64,000 nucleotides of DNA, taken from Squalus acanthias (taxonomy: Eukaryota). Below, piece by piece: positions 52,546 through 64,000 of this stretch. The position numbers and the translations under genes are program-made. The stretch lies in assembly GCA_030390025.1 (NCBI GenBank), contig CM059432.1, positions 38,628,001 to 38,692,000 on the forward strand, read 5' to 3'. The notes below the pieces were generated by a model. That model saw only the letters and a list, made by a program, of their open reading frames with translations. It did not search any database and was not told the DNA's origin. The first letter of the stretch is position 1. Every line of letters begins with the position of its first letter.

Positions 52546-53796
52546 AGTCATTGTGCCACCTCTGCTCTTGCAAAGGAGATGGGGAGGTTTAAAACACAAG
52601 TGGTAGAAAGCACTTTGTTGCCAATTGTTTTTTTTTAAATTAATATACAAGTCTACCCTCATTGGTTAGTTTACTGAAATTCTACATCCCACAAATACTT
52701 AAAGCGTTTATTTTAATAAAAGAAGATTGGCTTCATAAATTTGCCCTTGATGGTTATTTACAACACAGGAAGGCCTTGAGAAATTGTATCGAGCTGCCAG
52801 TGAGCAAGTCACAGATTTTACATTGTTTAATGCATGCTCCAGCAACTCTGATTCAGTGATTAACTCGGCATTGGAACCGAGGTGTACAAAAAAGGACAGG
52901 ATCCCAAATGATACTACCGTTCAGAAGACAGTCACGGACAGAGGAAACAGCATTTGAAACCTTGGCACTTGTATTCAATATAAACTTTTTGGATCAATAC
53001 ACAAGCATGGCTGTGGAGCGTACAGAATTCAGGCACAAGAGACATATTTCTGCACTCTTCCAAAAGAGGGGGTACAATAGATATTACATCTAGCTAGATT
53101 TCTCTTTCCATTTATAAAAGCCAAATTTATGCATTAGGCACTTCTATTTTTTTTTTGCAACCTCTTAATGTAGTTTTTCTCTGCTCAGATTGAATTTTCC
53201 ATCAAACTGGCACGTTACCATGGAACCAAGCACAGATCAAGCATTGGATGTTGGAAGGACAATCAGCAAACAACTGCTGCACAACTTTTGGAGGCTGGGT
53301 GTCATTAAGTCATGTAATCGCCTGGAAGAGGCAAAAAAGATTTTTAAACGCCGCAGCTCTCCAAGCTAATCATAATAAATACGGGTTTTTAAGCTAGGGA
53401 CCATTCTAGTAGACCTCCTTTGAACCACTTCCAGAATATCCACCACGTGCGGGAACCAAAACTGAAGAGAAGATGACCAAGAGTTTAGTGCTTAAGCGCA
53501 ATCTCCATGCTTCTGTCTGGACGGAACACAAGAGTTGCTGTAGCTACATCCAAGCACTCTGCAACAACCCAAATGGTCCACACACATCAGCACCAGAGTG
53601 TCCCAGCCCTTGCTTGTGGAACTTCATCTAAGCATGCAGCAGTTCAAACACAGTTAAATCAGCTGTTAACCTAGGGCAGCTTGAACATGCTTTAGGCTAC
53701 AGGAAATATTTGACTTGCATGATTTTAGCAAAGTAAAATTTCCAAGCCCTTCTCTGCCCCCAGCTTGGTCACATTTGAGAGATATTAGTCAGTTGT

Positions 53797-54160
53797 GGCA
53801 GCCTTGGCTCAGTGGCAGCATGCTCGTCTCAGAGTTTGAAGGTTGTGGGTTCAAGCCCACTCCAGTGACTTGAGCACATAATCTAGATTAGCACTTCAGC
53901 GTAGCACTGTTGGAGGTGCAGACTTTCAGATGAGATGTTAAACCTAGTCTGCCCTCTCGGGTGGATGTAAAAGATCTCATGGCATTATTCAAAGAGGAGT
54001 TGTGGAGTTCTCCTGGTATCCTGGCCAACATTTATCGCTCAACCCAAAAAAATGATCTGGTTATTTATCCCATTGCTGTTTGTGGGAATATGCTATGCAC
54101 AAATTCGCTGCTGCATTCGCCTACGTTTCAAACGTACTATATAAATGCAAATTCTTCTTT
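53797..54160 (+). mobile_element. DeuSINE (SacSINE1/AmnSINE-like)
   Basis: tRNA-like head tggctcagtgg...gggttcaagccc, Deu-domain gatgtaaaagatctcatggc..cctggccaacatttat, and an L2-type tail. Confidence 0.75.
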
Positions 54161-55474
54161 CATTGCTGTATCCATTTCTGGCTACACCCAGTTATACCGA
54201 TATACAAAAGAATTAGCGGAGGCTACCATGGGTATTATTAAAAGAAACAACAGCACTATTTCTCCGTCCTGACATCGCGTCATTTGACATTCTGGACACG
54301 CGCCAAATTATATACAACTATGAAAGAGCCATTTATTCCTCAGCACTGTTTTAATATGCTGTCATTTGTAAGTTATTGTGAGGAATACCCACACAACTCT
54401 CCTTGCAACACATAAATAACCAGCTTTTAAAAATAAATGCAGCATACTGTATCACTTAAGAGCTCAGAACATTCCCAAGCCATATTTTTGCCAGAAACAA
54501 TAGCAGCCATGTACAAACATACTAAAAAAATAAAGTTGTGGGGTGTAAAGTTAGGGGAGGTTACAGAGATGGGGAGCGACAAGGCCTGGCAGAATTTAGA
54601 CACAAAAACAATTTTTCCTAACCGAATTGTTTAGCTCTATTCAGATTTGGAGAAATAGTCATCAGCAAAATCTGCTGTATTCCAAAAATAAAAAATGGTA
54701 CATTTATGGTAGAGATGTACAATTTTTGGTTTAAGCTATTAATTGTGTATAGTGATTGAGATGAGAAGAAAGTCTAAGATTTGAAAAGCAAAAATAGTAA
54801 CACCTATAAGAGTTGGCATGCTGGTGGAGAGGACTTGTTGAATAGGAATATCCATGGTTTGTACACAGAAAACAGAATCTAGGGCAAAGAGCAGAGCTTA
54901 GATCTGTCTCTTACACCCACTCTAATCTTTATATGCATCATACAAAATATGGTAGTTAAAAAAAATTAAGTGGGCTTCTTTTATTGGGCTACATAAGTAA
55001 CCTTGTTAGTTCGGCTCTCTCGCTCCAACACTTATTCGGTTGATCATAACCAGTTTTAATAGTTTAGTTATTCCAGAAAGAAGATAAAACTGACTCAGTA
55101 AACAAGGTACTGCAATACTTTGTTGTCAGTGCTCATCGATCATTCCCTCCCCATGATGTAAACAAGTGTGTTAAAAGTTATAAATCAGTTTCAACATACT
55201 GTTCATTGTTTGCCCTTTACCAGAAACCGCACATGACATCCCATCCATACTCAAAAGCCTGAGTTGCATTCAATGTTTTACACCAGCAGCTTTACTCTGC
55301 AATAGAAGAACTTTCGATGTGCATATATCCAATCATTGTTTTTATTCACATCAAGCATAGAGTGAAGCTGTTTAAGAAACTAAGCTTTCAGAATAGCTTA
55401 TAAAAAACACGAGGACCTCCCATCCCCTCACTGAGCTACATGTATTAGCCGCTGTATAACTATAAGCGAGAATG

Positions 55475-58255
55475 GTCTGCAGAGTGTCTTAAACAGAGTG
55501 CTTCTAAACAGAGCATTAAAGTTGGGAATTTGGAGAGAGTGGGAATTCGGAGCAGATGGGGAAGGAGGTGCTGCATTTTTCCTCCAATACTTGTAGCGCT
55601 TTGCGTTACAGGTAAATATTTAATTTCATCTACCTATAACTTCAACTAATTAGTTAAAAAACTATACTACAAGCCAAGTTAATTAAATAAATAAACTTTA
55701 ATTAATTAAACAAGGTTATATAGGGATGGCAGTGCAGGTGGCGTGCTGCAACTGCAGCATGTGGGAGTTTGTGGAGAGCATCGCGATCCCGAACGACCAC
55801 GTCTGCAGTAAGCGTCTGCATCTCAAGGAATTTCAGCTGAGTTGTTGAGCTGGCGTCCCGCAATGTCTGCGCCTCGGACATCAGGGAGGGGAGAGTTACC
55901 TGGACATTCTGATCCAGGAGGGTAGGTTAGGTAGTGGTAAGCGGTCAGGGACAGGAGGGGGTGACTGCAACTCAGGCAGGTAAGGGGACCCCAGGTGCAG
56001 TGCTGGTGGAGCCTCGGCCTTTGCCCTTATCCAGCAGTATGAGGTTCTTGCTGCCGGTGTGGATGAGGGCAGAGTCTGCAGGGTGGATGAGCAAAATGAT
56101 CACAGCACAGTGGTACAGGAGGCAATTCAAGTGGGGGAATGAAAAGGAATGTTGTAGTTGTAGAGGCCAGTATAGTCAGGGGGATAGATACTGTTCTCTG
56201 TAGCAGTGACCGGGAGTTCCGAAGGCTGTGTTGCGGTGCCAGGGTTAAGGATATTTCCTCGTGGCTGGAGAAGAATTTGGAGTGGGAGGGGGAGGATCCA
56301 GTTGTCGTGGTCTACGTAGGAACCAACTACATAGGTAGAACTAGGAATGAGGTTCTGCTGAGAGAGTTTGAGGAGCAAGGGTCCAAATTAAAACGCAGAA
56401 CCTTAAAGGTAATAATCTCTGGATTGTTACCTGAGCCACGTGCAAATTGGCATAGGGACAAACAGATCAGAGGGTTAAATGCATGGCTCAAAGAGTGGTG
56501 TGGGAGGAACGGGTTTCGATTCATGAGGCACTGGCACCAGTACTGGGGAAAGAGTGAGCTGTTCCTTTGGGACGAGCTCTGCTTAAACCAGGCTGGGACC
56601 AGTGTCCTGGCGAATCGAATAACTAGGGCTGTAGATAGGACTTTAAACTAAAAAGGGAGGGTGGGTGGGGGAGGTCAGGTGAGGGGAAATTTAGAAATCT
56701 AAAGAGAAACATCAAGGCAATGGAGCAGTGTAGCGATTTGGGTAAAGATAAGCAGAGTGTGACAGGAAGGGACAGAGAGTTTAACAGTAATAGTGCATCA
56801 GCGAATAAGGTGAAAGCAGGGAATAATGGTAAAAAAGTTAAAATTAAAGGCTGTTTATCTGAATGCACGAAGCATTCATAACAAGATAGACGAATTAGTG
56901 ACACAAGTAGAGATAAATGGCTTTGATCTAATAGCCATTAGAGACGTGGTTGCAAGGTGACCAAGGTTGGCAACTAATTATTCCAGAGTACTCGATGTTT
57001 CGAAAAGGCAGGCAGAATGGAAGAGGGGGTAGCCCTGATAATAAAGGACATAAGGACAGTAGCGAGAAAAGATCTTAGCTCGGAAAAATCAGGAAGTAGA
57101 ATCAGTATGGGTGGAGATAAGAAATAACAAGGGGCAGAAAACACTTGAGAATAGTTTATAGGCCCCCAAACGGTAGCTATACTGTTGGACAGAGTATTAA
57201 TTAACAAATAATAGCAGCTTATAACAAAAGGTAATACAATAATCGTGGGCTAGTTTAATCTTCATATAAACTGGGCAAATCAAATTGGCAAAAGGTAGTC
57301 TGGAGGACGAATTCATGGAGTGCATTCGAGACACTGTCCTAGAACAAGAAGTTATGGAACTAACCAGGGAACAGGCCATTTTAGATCTTGTATTGTGTAA
57401 TGAGACAGGGTTAATTAGTAATCTCATAGTAAAGGATCCTCTGGGGAAGAATGATCATAATGGAATTTTACATGGAGTTTGAGAGTGAAATACTTAAATA
57501 CAAAACAAGGGACTTAAACTTAAATAAAGCCAATACATTGGTATGAGGGGCAAGTTGGCTAAAGTAGATTGGGAAATTAGATTAAAATGTATGACGGTAG
57601 ATAAGCAGTGGCAAACATTTGAAGAGATATTCCAAAATTTTCAACAAATATAGATTCCATTGAGAAATAAAAATTCCACAGGATTTTAACTAAAGAAGTT
57701 AAGGATAGTATTAGATTAAAAGAGGCTTATAATGTTGCAAAGAATAGTAGTAAGCTTTAGATACCAGCAAAGGATGACCAAAAATTGATTAAAAAAGGGA
57801 GTAAATAGAATACAAGAGTAAACTAGCAAGAAATATAAAAACAGATTGTAAGAGCTTCTACAAGTATGTAAAAATTAAGAGAGTAGCAAAAGTAAGTGTT
57901 GGCCCCTTAGAGGCGGAGGCAGAAGAAATTATATAAGGAAATGGCAGAGACTTTAAACAAATATTCTGTATCTGTCTTCACAGTAGAAGATACAAAAAGC
58001 ATAGCAAAAATAGTTTGGAACCAAGAGGCTAATAAGAGTGAGGAACTTAAAGTATTTATCAGTAGAGAAAAAGTACTTGAGAAACGAATGGGACTAAAAG
58101 CCGACAAATCCCCTAGAACTCATGGTCTACATCCTAGAGCTCTAAAAGATGTGACTGCAGAGATAGTGGATGCATTGGTTGTGATCTTCTAAAATTCCCT
58201 AGATTCTAGAACGGACCCAGCAGATTGGAAGATAGCAAATGTAACCCCACTATCC

Positions 58256-58305
<50 letters not shown>

Positions 58306-59250
58306 CAGGGAATTACAGGCCCGTTAGCCTGACATCAGTTGTTGGGAAAATTAAGGAAGTGGCAACCCGTTACTTAGAAAATCGTAATATGATTAGGCAG
58401 AGTCAACATGGTTTTATGAAAGGGAAATCGTGCTTAATAAAATTATGAGTTTTTTGGAGGATGTAACTAGCAGGGTAGATGAAGGGGAACCAGTGGCTGT
58501 AGCATATTCGGATTTCCAAAAGGCATTCGATAAGGTGCCACATAAAAGGCTGCTGCACAAGATAAGGGCTTGTGGGGTTGAGGGGGGAAATATATCAGCA
58601 TGGATAGAGGATTGATTGACAGATAGAAAATAGCGAGTAGGGATAAACGGGACATTTTCCAGTCGGCAGGCTGTAACTAGTGGTGTGCTGCAAGGATCAG
58701 TGCTTGGGTCTCAGCTATTTGTAATCTATATTAAATGACTTAGATAAACAGACCGAGTGCAATGTATCCAAATTTGCTGCGGATACAAAGCTAGGTGGGA
58801 AAGTAAGCTGTGAGGACACAAAGAGCCTGCAAAGGGATATAGACAGGTTAAGTGAGATGGGCAGATGGAGTATAATGTGAGGTTATTCACTTTGGTGGAA
58901 GAATAGAAAAACAGAATATTTTTTAAATGCTGGTGTTGAGAGATTTTGGTGTCCTCGTACAGGAAACACAGAAAGTTAACATGCAGGTTTAGCATGCAGG
59001 TACAGCAAGCAATTATGAAGGCAAATGGCATGTTGGCCTTTATTGCAACGGGGTTGGAGAACAAGAGTAAGGAAGTCTTACTACAATTGTACAGGGCTTT
59101 GGTGAGACCACACCTGGAGTACTGTGCACAGTTTTGTTCTCTTTATCGGAGGAAGGACATACTTGCCTTGGAGGCGGTGCAACTAAGGTTCACTAGATTA
59201 ATCCCTGGGATGGGAGGGTTGTCCTATGAGGAGAGATTGAGTAGACTGAA
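55475..59250 (+). mobile_element. Near full-length decayed CR1 lacking its 3' tail
   Basis: ORF1 from ATG 55726 (CCNCSMW..VCSK) through the esterase domain, then APE and RT fragments ending at SYEERLSRL. Confidence 0.9.
58259..58300. repeat. (AG)n microsatellite expanded inside the CR1 RT
   Basis: Directly visible. Confidence 0.95.
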
Positions 59251-59484
59251 GTGATTATGGTAAGTATTTATCTTTTTTTTTGTGTGATGTTTAGAGTTGG
59301 TTTTCCCGGAGACAACGTCACTGGCACTGGCTGCCTCAAGGCAAACCAAAGTTGCAGCAGAGACCAAAAGCAGGTGTTAGGCCACTTAACTAGTCTTAAC
59401 GCCTGCTTCAGACATGGGTAAAGCACGCCTCTTGTTTGTCTTTTACCAAGATGGCGTCCTGCGCACTTCCTGTCAACGTTAAGC

Positions 59485-60400
59485 TAACTAGTATATAGTT
59501 TCCTCTCGCTTTTTGAAGATAGGAATTACATTTGCTGTTTGCCAATCATCTGGCATTATTCCTTAGACTACTGAATTTTTATATATGGATACTGGTATCT
59601 CTGCTATCTCTCCCTAATTTCTTGAGTATCTGTGGGTGCAATCCATCTGGACCCGAGGTTTTGTCCTCAAGTTTGGCTAGTATATCCTTTCTTTCCACCT
59701 TGTATGTTGTAATATTCGTCCCAACTTCTACTGTTGTCATTTCCTCTTTGGATACTTTGCCTCAGTTTTCACTGAAAAGAATACCATTCAGCATCATCTC
59801 CTGTGAGTTTATGTTACTCATCCTGTAGTGGCCCTACCCCTATCTTCTCTCTCTTTGTTTACATGTGTCCATAGGATACTTTATTATTTCTTTTAATATT
59901 TTGATGTTGTCATTTCATATTTCTTCTTTGCCTTCCTAATTGTCTTTTTAACTTCTTTCCTAAGCTCTCAATATTTCCTTTGCCTCCCTCCCTTTATTGT
60001 TTATGTATTTAGTATATGCCTTTTCCTTTAGATTCAATGTTATCCTCGCCTCTTTCGTTATCCATGGAATCTTATTCTTGGCTAGTTTGTTCTTATTTTT
60101 TAGTAGAATATATTTCTCCTGAGCACCACTGGTCTCCGCTTTAAATATCGCTCACTGTTGTTCTACTTCTTTATCTTAATATTTTAACTCCATCGTCATT
60201 CACTCACTCATAGTTGGCTTCCCCCCACCACACCCCCCCCCCCCAAATCAATTACGTTGGTCTTTGTACAATTATCTTAAACCTTATTAATTACGATCAT
60301 TGCTCCCTGGACGTTCTCCCACACCTACTTCTCTTATCTGCTCCGGTTCATTTCCCATTACTAAATCTAGCAGTACTTCCACTCTTGTTGGGCATCTTAC
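59485..60400 (-). mobile_element. Old CR1 ORF2 remnant
   Basis: Antisense GPDGLHP-like and DW..ANV-like sequence. Confidence 0.6.
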
Positions 60401-60954
60401 AGATACAAATCTTCAACCAACAGCATACAATAGATTGCAATTGGTGATATGTAAACCCTCAGCTGACTAGGAGATGGGCCTCGATTCAGAGGATAATTGA
60501 AACATCGCACACAAAAAGATACGAATGAACAAAGGGGGTGAAACTGCTTTTTAGCGGTAGCACAAAACAGGCAATAGTGAATCGGAAACACGTTTAACAC
60601 CCCGCCCAATTTTCTTTTCCACTGAAGTCCTGCGTTACCACCAAAGGCCATTTTCACCCTCAAAGTGTGTTCACTCAGTATTGCAAGTCTTCTGGATACT
60701 AATAGCAGGCAACGGTCAACATTGATTTTCCATTCATAAGGCTGTAACTGTATAACTGCTTCTGTTTATTATGGTCTACCAGACATCTACAAGCAATGCT
60801 GAAACTATTACAAGAAAACTTGGCTCCCCCAATGGTTCACTCAGCCATAATCACAACTGCCTGCCAGTTGTTAAGCTATTCCACGCACATATTGGCAATG
60901 CAAGGTGTAAGCCAGCTATCATGATACACAAACTCAAAATCGAACTACTATCCA

Positions 60955-61204
60955 TGGGGGGAGATATAGAAGGGATGTCCGAGGTAGATTCTTTACTCAG
61001 AGAGTGGTTGGGGTGTGGAATGGACTGCCTGCTGTGATAGTGAAGTCGGACACTTTAGGAACTTTCAAGCGGTTATTGGATAAGCACATGGAGCACACCA
61101 GAGTGATAGGGAGTGTGATTGCTTGATCTTGGTCTCGGACAATGCTTGGCACAACATCGAGGGCCGAAGGGCCTGTACTGTGCTGTACTGTTCTATGTTC
61201 TATG
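60955..61204 (+). mobile_element. Young CR1 3' end, same subfamily as 17401-20068
   Basis: Near-identical to the reverse complement of 17401-17658; TSD TATCCA at 60949-60954 and 61205-61210. Confidence 0.92.
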
Positions 61205-62198
61205 TATCCACTTTTGGTTTTCTTGCTTAAAAAAGTGAACAATTCAGTAATTTGAATTAAACTGGAGTAATTTAACACTGGAGGTTTTTTCAGCACAATT
61301 CAAATTCAAATTATCCAGACTTTGAATTATCTAGAGTAGACCGTAGAAAACTCTAAATCAAAAATTAGCTTGCAACAACAGTTTAGACTCATTTGGAAGC
61401 ATTAACCCTAATGAATTTACTGTGGTGTCTGGTGCTGGCTACACAAATACCCAAACATTTGATGGAAGTAATGCCCAAACCATCAAAGCCCCCTCCCCCT
61501 GCTAAATCAGGTTGCAATTCTATACAGTACCTCTGTAGAGCAGCAACAAATGTATGGATAGCCTTATTCACAAAAACATCGGACTGTGGCTTCATTTAAT
61601 AATCTGCATTCTACATTATTCTCACAAGAAAATTAACAAATGTTGAAGGCACTAATTAATTGCAGGAAGATAAGTCAGTAAAATATTGCAGTAATTTGCT
61701 TGTAATTAAACTGAAACATCTGCCGAAACACAAAGTAGTGGGGCAGATAGTTAATAAAGTCACGACTGCAAACTGCTATAGCGTAGCCATTAAAATACAG
61801 GAATGTGCCAGTCTGTTCAATTCATACATCCAATAAAACACAAGTTAAAGTACCCCTTGGTAGAGTATTCTCAAAACAGCAAGGATATTGCTGGCATTAG
61901 AGAGTGTTGTTTGTGGTCATATCTGGGACTAGTGTTCTAGAAATCAGATCTAAGGATTTTAGACCATATGCTTAAGTAAATTTTCAAGATTGTTGCCAGA
62001 GCCAAAAATCAGAGTTAAATTCCAAACTGAACCACCTACACCGAAGTTCAGCTGCACAATCATGTGGAAAGCCAGCATACGCAGCTCATCAAATCTGTAA
62101 AGTCAGTGGGCAGCTGACCCACAGAGGCCAGAAAAATCCCAATTTTGATTCCCAGTTGGTACCGAGTCAGCAGAGATCTCAGTCCAGGATGAAAATAA

Positions 62199-62335
62199 GG
62201 GGGTGAATTTCATCGGGGCATCTCCTTCTCGACCACCGTAACTTTGGCAGAAGTCCCACTTACACACAAAGCGGGGGGGGGGGTTTCTGCTGAACCTACG
62301 GTGGAGCGGAAGAAGCTCTATGGAAATTCATCCCC
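62199..62335. mobile_element. Short palindromic MITE inside an old SINE-like sequence
   Basis: Ends GGGGTGAATTTC / GAAATTCATCCCC with self-complementary arms. Confidence 0.6.
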
Positions 62336-64000
62336 AAGCATGTTGGCCTCAATACCCCTGGAAATAGGAGCGGGGAAAAAAATTGCTATCCTGTGACCCC
62401 CTGCTGCAAAGTGAGCTCGTCAGGTGAGAATAAGTTCAAGTACATTGCTTCTCCTCGCCATGCACCTGAATAGCCTGGTGACACTCGCAGTCTAGGCTCA
62501 CACAGGAAGCAAGGCCACCTTGTGCGTTACAGGAAGGTAGCTGTGGAACATAACCCAGCAAGAGTCAGTGCCTTCAGGAGAAACAGAAAGAAACAGTACC
62601 CATCTGTAAGAGACACAAAAAAAATATAGTGCTGTGCACCATCGACTCTGCTCCGAGATTCCTAAAGTTAAATGATTCAGAGCGACAAACATGCTGTGCA
62701 GTCAAAACAACGATGCAAGACCAACCATAAATCTCAAAGGACCATTAGCCAATGTCAAACATTAGAACTTTGGAATAAACAGGATAAAATCTGACTGTAG
62801 AATTTAAACTTCAGCACAATACAATTTGCTTTGAAGTATTTGTTAAGAACATGTGTACTCTGCATTTAACTTCAACTAGTTTTGGAAGTTTTAGAAGAAA
62901 ATTCAGGTCCCCAGTGGATAAATGTGGCACCAAGCATTGAGCCACACAGAGCAGGAAGGACCAGTCCTGAGAAAGATGATTTCTGCTTTGGCAGTGGTGG
63001 GGAAAAACAATCTAAATCTGATATCAAATCAATAGGGCAACAGCATTAATACACTGAAACTACATTACAAGCTATAATTCTAATAAATAATAAAGCAAAC
63101 ACCTACAATTTGTGATTACAAGGAAAACATTTTCTCTGCTAAAATAGGTTTCAGGCAAAACAGACCTTCAACAACCCATTAGCAAGTGAACAGTGAACCA
63201 TAGAAAGAAGGGCAGACATAGAGGCATGTAAATGTTATTTTAAACTAATGCATTATAAAAAGCTCAGTTTTTGATCTAAAATTTTTACTTGAAAACATTT
63301 TTTTGTTCCACTCTGCCTGTAGGGTATTAACTGGTATGTTAATGCAGTATGTGGAAAAGGGATCCAAAAAAAATCAATTGGTTTCAAAACAAACTGTACA
63401 GACCAACATTTTACATTTTCTAGGCAGGCGCCACATTCCAAGCCCTGCAGCTTCACAACAGATCGCTTGTACTCATGTTTCACGTGGTCCATTCAGAACA
63501 GGACAGGATTAAACTGGACAGGAAATGTCTCCTCTGTTTCTTCCTGCTTCAGATCCCAAACATCAAAACAAAGCTGGTCCCAAGATTCTTCAACTATGCA
63601 TTAATTAAACCAAAATATATAGAACTTTGTGCTAATATTTAACCATACAGGAAGTTTGAGACATAAAAATGATCCTATACAGGGACAGAAAACAGATTTT
63701 TCCTTCCTCTCCCCTCCAATATATTACATTCCCCTTCAGTCTCTCACTCCACGGGGTTCTTTTACACAACAGGATACCTTCCAGCAGCGCTCGGGGAGTT
63801 TGAGTAGGTTTGCAACAATTGCAACTTGCACAGCCCCAAATATTTTTAATAGCTTGAACCAAATGGTCCTAATAAAAAGGCAAAATTATTTCTCAAATTT
63901 AAACAACTCTCCTCTGCCCAGTCAACTGTCGTGACATTGATACTTTGGTCAGTTTGTTCTGCAGTTGCCTTGCTGCTGCTGGTAACACCCTTCATCTGCA

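Noticed and set aside
41592..64000. SDC2 exon 1 (signal peptide) and promoter
   Set aside because: No signal-peptide exon or CpG island was seen; it probably lies beyond the window, as SDC2 intron 1 is long in other vertebrates.

Overview
Vertebrate genomic DNA, most likely a shark or other cartilaginous fish (HE1-type V-SINE, shark-type CR1 and Penelope ends). The one host gene I can identify is syndecan-2 (SDC2) on the minus strand. Coding exons 2-5 lie at 41591-41453, 35687-35536, 34875-34728 and 32796-32633 and splice into an open 603-nt frame, most simply through a GC-AG intron. Exon 1 was not found, so 41592-64000 is probably intron 1. The rest is largely nested mobile DNA: CR1 LINEs (two near full length, with esterase-type ORF1), L2 fragments, two PIF/Harbinger elements with transposase plus Myb/SANT-type genes, a Myb-only derivative, many MITEs and several SINEs. 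A Penelope-like element forms a 429-bp-arm inverted repeat carrying minimal hammerhead ribozyme motifs. I found no convincing new multi-gene system. The notable points are structural: tandem Harbinger insertions at one target site, ribozyme-bearing Penelope ends, a doubled CR1 3' end, the GC donor and candidate SDC2 micro-exons. All family assignments come from motif recognition by eye, not database searches.
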